Source: Lingula anatina
Taxonomy: Eukaryota > Animalia > Brachiopoda
Direction of reading: 5' to 3'
Assembly: GCA_051362555.1 (NCBI GenBank)
Contig: CM120643.1
Coordinates: 7,998,001-8,062,000 of the forward strand
Length of the DNA: 64,000 nucleotides
This document shows, piece after piece, positions 25,815-47,700 of this stretch (position 1 is its first letter; every line of letters begins with the position of its first letter). A model generated the notes under the pieces. The model saw only the letters and a program-made list of their open reading frames with translations. It searched no databases and was not told where the DNA came from. The position numbers and the translations under genes were made by a program.

Positions 25815-27530
25815 GTGAAGTGCTGCATTAGAGGGAAGATCATTACCATGTGTTTAAAGAATTACTGGACATCTTAGAGATGGACAAATTCGAGATTTTG
25901 ACGGCACAAAACTTGTGGAGATGCTTCATGACAAAGACACCATCCTAACATACTCCGCACTTGTAAGGAAAAATAAACAGAGTGTGCCTGATTGTGAAAG
26001 GTTAGTTTTATTAGGCCCCTAGGGACCATTTCCACAGATATTTGGACTGATCTATCTCCTTGGGGAGTCTCACTAAATTGCTATCAACTGGACAGATCAG
26101 TTGGACCGATCCAGATGGATCGATATAGGCATGGGAGGCCAGTCCTATTCCTCTACCTTCTCATTCTCTGGTATTATGTATATAATTATCAGAGATGTTT
26201 ATCCATAGTCTGTAAATGCATTGTTTATAAACTATTTAAATTCCTGAATAACCTAAATGTTTGTTTTTTTTTCTAATACTTACCCTATTTCATTTTTAGA
26301 ATATTTTCTAAACCTATGATCAAGATCATGGAAGAGAAGGGGTATACTTATGAAGCCACCTTCCTGAAAATAATTTTCAACTGGCACAGAGCTGCTGATG
26401 GTAGAGGCCTCACTGAACCAAAAAGAAGGCAGTACAACCATGGCTTTCTGAATTACATACTAGATGGGTGGATTCCTTGGCAGACATGGCCAGGGTATAA
26501 TTATAGGGATATTGATGTTAACTGGTGGGTATAGACTACGTACATCATATACACTGAGTGTGACATAACACATGATATTTCAGGGGCGGATTTAGGCCGT
26601 CTTCTGGGTCTTCCGGAAGACAGTCAGATTTTTAAGTTTACATTGAGGGGTATCTAATTTTTTCTGTCGGAAGACGGTCAAAAATGGTGGATGGATCAAC
26701 AAAGACAATTTGGAAGACTGTCAGAAAATATCTCTGGATCCGCCCCTGTAGTTGATGTGGGACTTTTTCTGGTGGCTTTTAATAAATTATGTTTGATATG
26801 TCATATACATGGGCAATTGTTTAAAATTTTCATTTTATTTGTAGCCCAATCAAAGGCATCTGTGGTTTAACAAGAGAACTAGTGGTGGCCCTTGTCTACA
26901 ATCTGGAGTCAAAATTGCAGAGGTAAACGGATGTAACACGTCCTCCAAAAAAACCCAGAAACTGATGATGTTAAAGCATTTTTTGCTATGTTGAGGGGTC
27001 TAGCTGTTGGGAAAAACACAAAACAACTCTATGAGCAATATCCGTAAGTATATTAAGTCTTAAATTATTTTTTGGCGTAATGAACGTAACCTTTGATAAA
27101 AAACAGCATATTAAATTATTCTAAAAATAATATATGATACATATTAAATGAGTACTTAAAAATATATAGATAATTTCTGCATGAAAGATGATGACATTAC
27201 TTTATGATAACATTATTAATGTCGATTCCTTTGCATATTCAGAAAAATCCTTCAGGAGTTCTTCAAAAAGATAGATAATGAAGAAAAGTTCTACTACTAT
27301 ACAGGTCACTGTGTCTATGGGATTAACAAATAACTCCCCTCCTTTTATGAACCTGGTAAAAGTGACAGGTTGGTAAAATTGAAGGGAGGAAGAAGGGGAG
27401 ACCAGGTGTATTTGCGGCAGGTAGAGCAACCTACACAGCTGCAGGCGGTCAGTCTGTAAGAGCAATTAAGGTTTCACCGTGCCACAGAGGAGCTACCATC
27501 TGTGCAGGTAGCTGTGCCTGATCTGTTATG
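25815..27530 (+). pseudogene. Spliced P-element/THAP9-related transposase relic
   Basis: Exon-like pieces 25815-26000, 26300-about 26525, 26845-27044 and 27243-27530 give EDHYHVF (D-x-x-H), KQSVPDCERIFSKPMI..IIFNWHRAADGRG and TDDVKAFFAMLRG (catalytic-E motif position). Frameshifts and MITE insertions are present. Confidence 0.6.
26581..26748 (+). mobile_element. MITE family B copy
   Basis: Perfect 10-bp TIR, flanks TATTT/TAGTT. Confidence 0.85.
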
Positions 27531-27969
27531 ATATTAGAAATGAGCTCTTTAAAGAGGATCAATATTACAGTAAGGAATTTCCATCATCTGAATTTTTCAA
27601 TGTTTATTGCAATTCCTTTGTATGTAAGAGAAGGACATCTTCAAATTTACAGGAATGATTCATACTGATCAAATACAGAAGAAATTCAGATATAAGAGTT
27701 ATGAACTGTCATATTTGAAGTAACAGTTTGTTGATTTGAAAAAATATTATTAAATATATTAATTCTGTATCAGCAACATTAAAAGTTTCTTAAAAGCAAT
27801 TGGGACATGAAATCAACACTATAAAGAAAATATCAATTTATTATTGAACATATTTACTTTTTCTTATCACTTGGATAGGCCAAGCTCCTTTTTATGTACA
27901 GACACAGATGTGTCTGTACATATAGCTGTCATCTGCGTCTGTCGTCGCCGTCGCCGTCGCCGTGCACTT

Positions 27970-29330
27970 TTACCGATAACACGATAAGTGGAAAACTGTT
28001 TTTTCTTTTGGCTTGAAACTTACAGAACTGATGAATATTCATAATACGCAGGCCAAGTTCGAAAATCAGCGTGATTAGGTCATTTTTAGTGAATTTAGGC
28101 TATTTTTTCTCTTTTTTCAGCATATATGCAGCACCGATAACACAATAAATGGAAAACCATGTTACCTTTTGGCTTGAAACTTACAGAAATGATGAATATT
28201 CATAATACGCAGGTAAAGTTCGAAAATCAGCATGATCGGGCCATTTTTAGGGAAGTTTTGCTGTTTTTTCACTTCTTTCAACATATATGCAACGCTAATA
28301 ACACAATATAAGAAAAACAGATAGGCCAATTGTCATTATACTCACAGGAGTAGTCAAACTAACTAAAACACAGGTTGAGTTCGAAAATCAGCATAATCGG
28401 GCCATTATTTTAGAAGTTATGCTGTTTTTTCACATTTCCTCAGATTCAATTGTTAGGCATGTTAACTGTCTCATTATTGAACTAATAAGATACGTAAAAG
28501 TGTTTGTTTGACATTTCCTGCATCTTAATAACATTGTTAGTTGATTATGTAAAAATGATGGTAAACTTGTTATTGTGTATTATGTTATAAAGTGTCAAAA
28601 ATGGAAATAAATATCATTGCAGTTTGTCAGATTCAATCATCTACTATATTCATTATCTCAGAATGGAGGAAATTGGACATTTAACACTGTTCTATTGATA
28701 TTTGTCCCATCTCATCAATTTTCTTAGTTGATCATATACAAATGGTAGAAAACTGTTTATTTTGTTTTATGTTAAAAAAGTGTTTTAAAAATGGAAGTAA
28801 ACCCATTGCAGAACAGTGCTGTCTTGTTTCAGCATATATGCAGCACCGATAACATGATAAGTGGAAAACCATTTTACCTTTTCCCTTGAAACTTACAAAA
28901 CTGATGAATATTCATATTACGCAGGTCAAGTTCGAAAATCAGCATGATCGGATCATTTTTAGGGAAGTTGTGCTGTTTTTCACTTTTTTCACCATATATG
29001 CAACACTGATAACATGATAAGTGAAAAATCATTTTACCTTTTGGCTTGAAACTTGCAGAACTAATGAATATTCATATTACGCAGGTCAAGTTCGAAAATC
29101 AGCATGATCGGGTCATTTTTAGAGTAGTTATGCTGTTTTTTTCACTTTTTTCAGCATATATGCAGCACCGCTAACACGATAAGTGGAAAACCATTTTACC
29201 TTTTGGTTTCAAACTTACAGATCTGATGAATATTCATAATACGCAGGTCAAGTTTGAAAATCAGCATGATCGGGTCATTTTTAGGGAAGTAATGCTGTTT
29301 TTACACTTTTTTCAGCATGTATGCAACACC
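27970..29330 (+). repeat. About 161-bp satellite monomers (two blocks of about 3)
   Basis: Unit starts CAGCATATATGCAGCACCGATAACA at about 28118, 28279, 28830, 28990, 29152 and 29313. Confidence 0.9.
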
Positions 29331-30998
29331 TTTGTGCTATATGATGGTACTGTATGGATGGCAGCTAGTCTATAAAATTGTCCCTTGGGTGATCACTAAT
29401 TAAATTAAGGTCTATAAAATCACTTGCCTACTCATTAATTTTCAATTGGCCATTAAATGAGATTACATAAAACACTCCTTGAGATTTCCCTGTAAAGTCC
29501 CATAGGTTTAGCTCTCTTAACTGTGTCACAAAATTAGGATTTGGTGATAATTGTGCAGATAAACGGTGTTAAACATTGCAAATAAATTAACAACAAAAAG
29601 AATGTGTTATGCCAATATGCTATAGATGAACAACAGTGCTTTATTTTTCTCAAACTTGGTGGGGTTATTAATATCAAGTTAATACAGCTAGATTAAAAGT
29701 TTGAATAGCAGCTTTATTGGAATTTTTTACGTTTTATTTAAAATTTTTTTAAAATTATTTTTCAAACACTAGCATCTTCAAGATGTGATTTTTTACTCCC
29801 ATCCACCAGAAGTGCTGTGCATTTTCTGTATTTTTTTGTATATAAGTCTTTTTTCCTCGGATTTAATTCTTAGGCATGTTAACAATCTCATTTGTGAACT
29901 AATTAGTAATGTAAAGGTGTTCTTTTGACATTTTCTGCATCTTAACAATATTGTTAGTTGATTATATAAAAGTGATGGTTAACCTGTTATTGTGCATTGT
30001 GTAATAAAGTGTCAAAAATGGAAATAAACTCATATCCTTACAGTTTGTCAGATTCAATCATTCACCATGTTCAGAATCTCAGAATGGAACAAATTGGACA
30101 TTTAAAATTGTTCTATTGATATTTTTCCTATGTCAACAACTTTCTTAGTTGATCATTTAAAAACGACAGTAAATTGATTATTTTGATATATGTAAAAAAA
30201 GTGTTGAAAGTGGAAAGAAATTCATTTCAGTACAGTTATCTCTTGTGTACATTTGGGCATTTTGAAGTTGTGACTCTGAACTTCCATGGCCCTGAAGACC
30301 TTTCCATATCAAATTTTCTGAATATCCATGATACTTTTATTTTATTATTAAAAATTGATGGTCATTATGCTGTTAAGCATTATGTAATATTGCATCAAAA
30401 TTGAAGACAACCCCATTTTAACAATGCCTCCACAGTGACCATTAAAGGAAAACCAAGTCACTTACTCTTCTCAAACTTACAGAAATGTAGCATAGCATTA
30501 AATTATAGCTTCAGTTGGAAAACCTGTTATATCGGTTAACTTTCTTGGAAATTATATAGTTTTTTGTTACAATTAAAATTTTCACATATGGACATTTTCA
30601 AGGTGTGACTTAGTCTTTGAACTTCCATTGGCTTGAATACCATTGCTAGTCACATCTTTTGAATAGTTATGATACATTTACTTTATTATTAAAAATTGAT
30701 GGCCATTGTGCTGTTAAGCATTATGTTAAATTGCGTAAAAGATGAAAAAAAAACTTTTTTGGACATCGCTGCTGGGATGACCATTAAGGAAAAACCATTT
30801 TACTTATGATATTCTAACTTACTGAAAAGTTTCATAGGACTGAAGTGTAGCTTGTGTTGGAAATCAGTGTGATTGTTTTCTGTTTTGGAAGCAATGCAGC
30901 TCTATGGAGTGCTATATGAGGCTACTGTTTATGGATGGTGGTAATTGTCCATTAAATAAGATTACATAAAACACACGTTGAGATTTCCCATTCAAGTC

Positions 30999-32430
30999 CT
31001 ATAGGTTAAGCTCTCTTAACTGTGTCACATAATTAGGAATTGGTGATAATTATGCAGGTAAATGTTGTTTAATATTGCAAATAAGTTTACAAAAGAAAAA
31101 AAATTGTGTAATGCCAACATTAATGCTATAGATGAATAACAGTGCCTTATTATCCTCAAACACATTGGGATTATTCATATCATGTTAATACAGCAAGATT
31201 AAAAGTTTTTTAATTTTTTTCTAAACACTGGCATTTTCAACTCCCATCCACCTGAAGCTCTTCAGATTTTCTGTATTTCCACATAAGCAGTTGCATAGGT
31301 TTTTATGTCTTTAAACATTATGTAATATTATTTTATGCACTGTCAACATTTTTCAAATATTGGGATTTTCATTATGTGAATTTGAACTCTCATGGTCCAG
31401 AAACTATAATCTTATTGCAGGGGTGGATTGAGGCCGTCTTCTGGGTCTTTCAGATGACGGTCAGATTTTAAAGTTTACATTGACTGGTATCAATTTTTTT
31501 CTGTTGGAAGACCATCAAAAGTGGAGGATGGATCAACAAATATAGTTTGGAATACTGTCAGAAAATATCTCTGGATCTGCTCCAGTTATTGAGCATGTTA
31601 CCTGTTGTGCATGATTAAAATTCAGTGTTGATTGACAGTGCTATTATAAGCATTATTTAATATTGCATCAAAATTGACAAAATGACCCATTTTCTATAGG
31701 TTAAGCTCTCTTAACTGTGTCACATAATTAGAAATTGGTGATAATTATGCAGGTAAATGCTGTTTAATATTGCAAATAAGTTTACAAAAGAAAAAAAATT
31801 GTGTAATGCCAACATTAATGCTATAGATGAATAACAGTGCCTTATTATCCTCAAACACGTTGGGGTTATTCATATCATGTTAATACAGCAAGATTAAAAG
31901 TTTGAATAGCAGCTTTATTGGAATTTTTTTTGTGTGTTTTCTTTTTAATTTTTTTTCTAAACACTGGCATTTTCAACTCCCATCCACCTGAAGCTCTTCA
32001 GATTTTCTGCATTTCCACATAAGCAGTTGCATAGGTTTTTATGTCTTTAAACATTATGTAATATTATTTTATGCACTGTCAACATTTTTTGAAATATTGG
32101 GATTTTCATTATGTGAATTTGAACTCTCATAGTCCAGAAACTGTAATCTTATTGCAGGGGTGGATTGAGGCCGTCTTCTGGGTCTTTCAGATGACGGTCA
32201 GATTTTAAAGTTTACATTGACTGGTATCAATTTTTTTCTGTTGGAAGACCATCAAAAGTAGAGGATGGATCAACAAAGATACTTTGGAATACTGTCAGAA
32301 AATATCTCTTGATCTGCTCCTGTTATTGACCATGTTACCTGTTGTGCATGATTAAAAATCAGTGTTAACTGACTGTGTTATTATAAGCATTATTTATTAT
32401 TGCATCAAAATTAACAAAATGACCTATTTT
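30999..32430 (+). repeat. Recent tandem duplication, period about 737 bp, including a MITE B copy
   Basis: About 30999-31692 recurs at high identity at about 31695-32430; the MITE starts are 31418 and 32155. Confidence 0.9.
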
Positions 32431-34613
32431 GCATCTTTATTATCTGTTTTTTGTCTGTACATTTGACAGCTTTGCTGCCTTGTTTAAGTAACAAATAACA
32501 TAAAAACCTGGCACTTTCCACAACCTAAAGAAAATCTTGTCAACAGTCACTAAATCTAAATAAACGAACTGCCATAATTCCTGTGGTAAATGACCAATAG
32601 TAATGCTTATCTAATCATTATAGGAGTACCAAATATAAGGGAAACATTTCACCAAGTCTCTGCGGTGAAATACATTCAAAATTATCTTCTAGATCAGAAG
32701 CAGAGTAAATATATGAAGAGCATGCAATAATCGTACCCCCCCCCCCCTTACAGTCATTCTTGGTACCTTTCCGTGACCACTGACCTTTTTTTTTATTTTC
32801 GTCAGCATGAGTTGAAAGTGCAGTGTGTAAATGACAACAAAATAAAAATGAAATCAAAAAGGTGTGGTGGGGGTTGGCTCAGCAAAGAGTGTTTTCATTG
32901 GGCCTTGACCAGTTTAATTATGAAAATATATTTTTCTTTTCCTGATAAACAGTAACAGTTGTACTCAAGTATTATCCTGAATAAATGTGTTGAACGTTAA
33001 AACATTCCTAATACACCGTCACGCCTACAAATTAAACCGAGAGAACGGCCCAGCAATGGACTGCTTACACATCATATATGGTAGTAAGAATACAGCTTGG
33101 TCTTAAAAAAATCTAAGACCAAAACAGGTTAAGTGTGTCTTAAAAGAAATACAAGAAAAATCGCTTTCTTTTAAATTATATAGATCAGGGTGAACATAGC
33201 CTCAATTGAAATCTCAAAATTATATTATTTCCCAATAAAAATCAACATTTTTGATTAAATGGCCACCCAGGTTTTTACCCATGTTGAATATCGCTTACAA
33301 AATTCTTTCCAGTTTATAGCTATATGATGTTTTTTTCTCCTTGAATCCTCCCCCCCCCCCCCCCCCCAATTATCATACTTAAAGAAATCACCATCTGTGT
33401 TCCTTCACTGTAAGCGGCATTTTAGTTTTGTAATTAGGCTATGAAGTGTCCCTGATGATAAATATTTATTATTGCCCTCATGGAAGAAAATAAACGTAGG
33501 TACTGATATTGATTTTTGTCAGTACCAATTTTACTAAGTCTTATCACTTTCGTTTAAATTGAAAATTATATGGAATAAGCAAGGATCGATAAATTTTGTG
33601 AATTGCCTGTACACATTTTTCGTGTCATTTGCACTTACTCACCTTTTTAAATTCCAACTAAGGATATCATTTCAGCTGTTTTCTTTCACTTGTGTATAAA
33701 CGCAAATGCACATTTCCCCATTTTTTCCCCCAACCTGATTCCTGCAATAATAAACTGCTCAAGATGGGTCCAAGTAAGCACCCAGTGAACAACTTGTTTA
33801 GTTTGTCCTCGGTCCAAGCAATTACACCTTGAAATCCAATTACACTTAAATATTTCATTTTTAATTTTTTCTTATTCATTTTTAAACTTTTTAATCATTT
33901 TCACTTTTGCTCTTACAAAACAATTTGCACTTAGCAGCATGCAGTACATATATGACATAATAGTTAAATAAATAGTCATTTTTTACAGATGTAGTTGAAC
34001 TCCTGGTGACTTGTAATCTATCTGCATTCTAGGCTAATTCCCAATCTATGGGGATTAAAGGCTCTGCGGTTTACCCCCAGTAAAACCAAATTTTACAAAG
34101 CGACACATGAACAATGACAAGAGAAATTGGCCCTATCTCCATATGTCTACTGAGCTAACCATCACATACAGTGTGATGTTTAAACTGAATCCCTTTCAGC
34201 AACAAGTTCCCCAAAAAAGGCTCACCATTCAATACTCTATCTTCATCCATCATTAAATGATTCAGGTAGGTAGATTGATCAGAGGCAGCATTGCCATTAA
34301 GTGCCAATATATGAAAACAAATACAAGACCACAGCCCAGTAAGTCAACTTCCTGGGACCAGAAGAGCTCAATGTCATGGTAAAGGGCCAATGATGGTACA
34401 TATTTCTTCAAGACCCTTTTAAATCCTGGGATAATCCTTGTATGAACATTTCACTTAATATGGCATACAGAACCAACGTAAAATGTACAATATCCAACTA
34501 ACACCAAAGTAATCATCCAGATAGATTATGCTAACAACACTTCTTGATGCAGTTAAAAGGAGGATTTTTTTTGTGTGAAATTTCCATTTCCCATTAATGA
34601 GATTGTAGAAACA

Positions 34614-44522
<9,909 letters not shown>

Positions 44523-44780
44523 CTTGGACTTTTGTACTTCCTACTCACGTGACTTGTGCAAAAGTACGGAGAAAGGAAGACAACAAGACAGGACCCAGAC
44601 AAATTCACCATGAAATGTTAATCGGCTAGAAATAGTAACCCCGTACGCCAAAATTATTTCGAAATAGTTTTTTTCACATAAAATATTTTACAAAGTTCAT
44701 TTTTTTACAAAATCTAAAGAAACCCCAAAGAGACGTGTCTTGTATGCAGTAGTAATAAGATCGAGGTAAACAAGGAGCAC
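44523..44780. promoter_or_regulatory. Compact bidirectional promoter VPS35 / HPGD-like with a CLEAR-type E-box
   Basis: Only 258 bp separate the divergent ATGs; TCACGTGAC at 44545-44553. Confidence 0.75.
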
Positions 44781-47700
44781 ATGATGATGAAGTTTGCTGG
44801 CAAAGTTGCACTAATTACCGGCGGAGCGCAGGGTTTAGGGCGGGTTTTCTCTGAAGCCCTGTTAAAACGGGGAGCTAAGGTACATAGAGATGGGGTTATG
44901 CAGAATATTGAGTTCATAAGAGTAATTAACCTTCGGATGTAACTTGGTCATCCAAGTTACTGTGCTACTCAATGTAATGTATGTACTACTATCCGCTGGC
45001 TTTTAACTCAGGCAGCTGACACAGTTTTTACATGTCAACACTCCCGGATAATCTGGGAGGTATCCTGGATACAGAACGAATCTCCCAGTCTCTTGTATGG
45101 GTAAACAAATTTCTCAGATAAAAGCGACTTTGAAAATTTGCACCGTTGTCCTGTCCCAAATACCCAAATCAAAACAATTTCGTTTTTTTTTAACTCACCT
45201 CGGGGAGGGGAGCACAGATAATCCGGGAGTCTCCTGGATACAGAAGGAATATCCCGGTCTCCTGCATGGGTTAACAAATTTCTTGGATAAAATCCACTTT
45301 GAAAATTTGCACCTTTGTCCTGTCCCAAATACCCTCATCAAAACAATTTCGGATTTTTAAACTCATCTCGGGGAGGGAGAGCACAGATAATCTGGGTGTC
45401 TCCTGGATACAGAACGAATATCCCGGTCTCCTACATGGGTTAACATATTTGAAACTTTGAAAATTTGCATCGTTGTCAGATAACATCCTGTCCCAAATAC
45501 CAAAATCAAAATAATTTCGTTTTTTTAAACTCACCTCAGGGAGGGGGAGCACAACGGCAGCGACCACTGCCCCCCCCCCCCCCCAGCACAGCATTTTTAC
45601 AAATACAGGCATGAGGTTGTAACAATTTTTCAAATATAATTAATAATGAAATTATTTTTTCTGTACATTTTAGGTGTGTATGGCAGATATTGATGATAAG
45701 ACAGGACTGAAAACTTTGGCACAGTTCCAGCAACAATATGGCAAAGACAGCAGCACATTTGTCAAGTGTGATGTAACAAATGAAACTGAGTTTGAAAGCA
45801 AGTTTGTTTCTATTTTGCTGTGAAATGTAAATTATTTTAATATTTTTTTGCATGAATTCATCAATAACCATAAAATCGACATCATTACACAGTTGTTTCC
45901 TTTTTATATTTGTATTCCAGTGAATTTTTTGGGAGGCAGGAATTGTAAAAGACATTTTAAAAGACCATTTTTCTGGATAGATCAAGTGAAAATCCTTAAA
46001 TTTTGTTTTTTGCCAAATTTAGTTCATTAAACCTTTTTTTATTTAATTCGTAGATGCATTCCGCCATACCAAGCAGTCACTGGGAGGCCTTGATATACTT
46101 TGTAACAATGCTGGCATAGTGAATGAAATTGACTGGAGAAAGACCATTGACATAAACCTGGTAGGAATAACAACTGTTAATTTTGGCAAAAAAAAAAATA
46201 ATTTTCCTGGGGTAAACAGCAATTTTCTCATACTTACCAATGGTTAATGAATCCATTTCTACATTCAAAGTTAGTCCCCTGGTTATTTTCCAAAAAGTTT
46301 GTTTTTTGTAATCTCTTAAGAGATTATTACAGAGTGTAGCCACCTATGGAGGTCAGGTGGTTGGATGGCAAGCACACATTTTAGATTTATTGCTATAACT
46401 GCTGTTTTTTGTGATAAAATAGATAATGTTATATTTCTGTGAGTTGTTTACAATATATTTATTGTGAAATATAGATCTCATATGAAGAGTTCCCTTTAAC
46501 AAGAAGACACATAAATTCCAGTCAGTATATTAATAACAAACTAATCCAGTATTGTGTTGTTCTGTGTACTTCTTAGAACAGCTCATGTATCTGAACATTC
46601 AAAGTTATATCACCCTTTGGATAAAATTCTTTGGCTAAAACATGAAAATATTTAAACTGTATCTAGAATTTGAAATTAAAATGAGTTGGCGATACTGTGG
46701 CAAGGCAATATACAATAAATGTTTTTTATTTTCCAAGCCAATTTTTATTAGTATATGCAGTGTATGAAATGGCCGCCAGCCCGAGGCTGGTAACTTTCAG
46801 GCCGGGCGGGTAAGATTTGCAAATCACCCGCCCGACGGGCTGGCTAATTTACAGCCTATTTTTTACCTTTTATTTTGTCTATGTTCACAAGCGATTTCAG
46901 CAAAATAAACTCACTGTTTTCACCCACTTTCATAGAAGCAAAGAACTAACCATAGCTTGCAATCGAACACTCGTATCGAAATGTAACCAACAGTCTCCCT
47001 CTCATTGGCCTCGTTTTCGAAGTTCCGTCTGTGTGATATGAAGTTGAAAGACAATTTGAAACGAGGCACATTGTTCTTAACCAGCTTTAGTGCACAGCAG
47101 ATAACGTTACATCATTGTTTTGTGTAGAGGAGATCCCGCGAGTAGCAATTTGTAGGTTGAGAGTAATCAAAATGTGAAAGTATAAAAAGTTATGATATTG
47201 ATAAAATAGACTTATAGGTACATGAAGTGCTTATAATCAACAGTAATAAAGGCAACGGGGGCAAATTAAAGGAGAATTTTACAAAAATTTGAATCCCAAA
47301 ATTATGAGCGAACGTACGAGTTTACGCCGTGCGTCAGATGTAGTTTTTTTCCCACGTGCTTTCATCTTGGGCTGTCAAAAATGAAAAAAATTCTATCAAG
47401 TCCGATAGAGAAGTTCACAAAAGAAAAACAATTGAGGAAAGAAATAAAAATAACAAAGATTACGACAGAACCAATCGAAAGAGAACAAATTGGGACCCAT
47501 GGAAATTAAGGTGACTTCAATTTGCAATTAGTCGAGTGGCAACATTTTTTGTAAAACCGTAACTCGAAAGTATCACGCATTGCGACCGAGCGCAAGCATC
47601 TCGATACAATAACTCGCCCATACTCGCCCCATATAATATATTGTAGCCTCTATGTGATATATATATAGCTATTCTCAATAAGCAATGCTGTCTATGGGCG

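Larger units (their letters stand above)
27891..32485 (+). mobile_element. Large Helentron-associated (HINE-type) element carrying a 161-bp satellite array
   Basis: 5' box T-run+ATGTACAGACA...TGTCTGTACAT, (GTC/GCC)n microsatellite, central tandem repeats, then 3' TGTCTGTACAT plus hairpin GACAGCTTTGCTGCC plus TT. Confidence 0.8.

Noticed and set aside
27970-29330. Regularly spaced repeats resembling a CRISPR array
   Set aside because: The whole 161-bp unit repeats with no unique spacers, there are no cas genes, and the context is eukaryotic.
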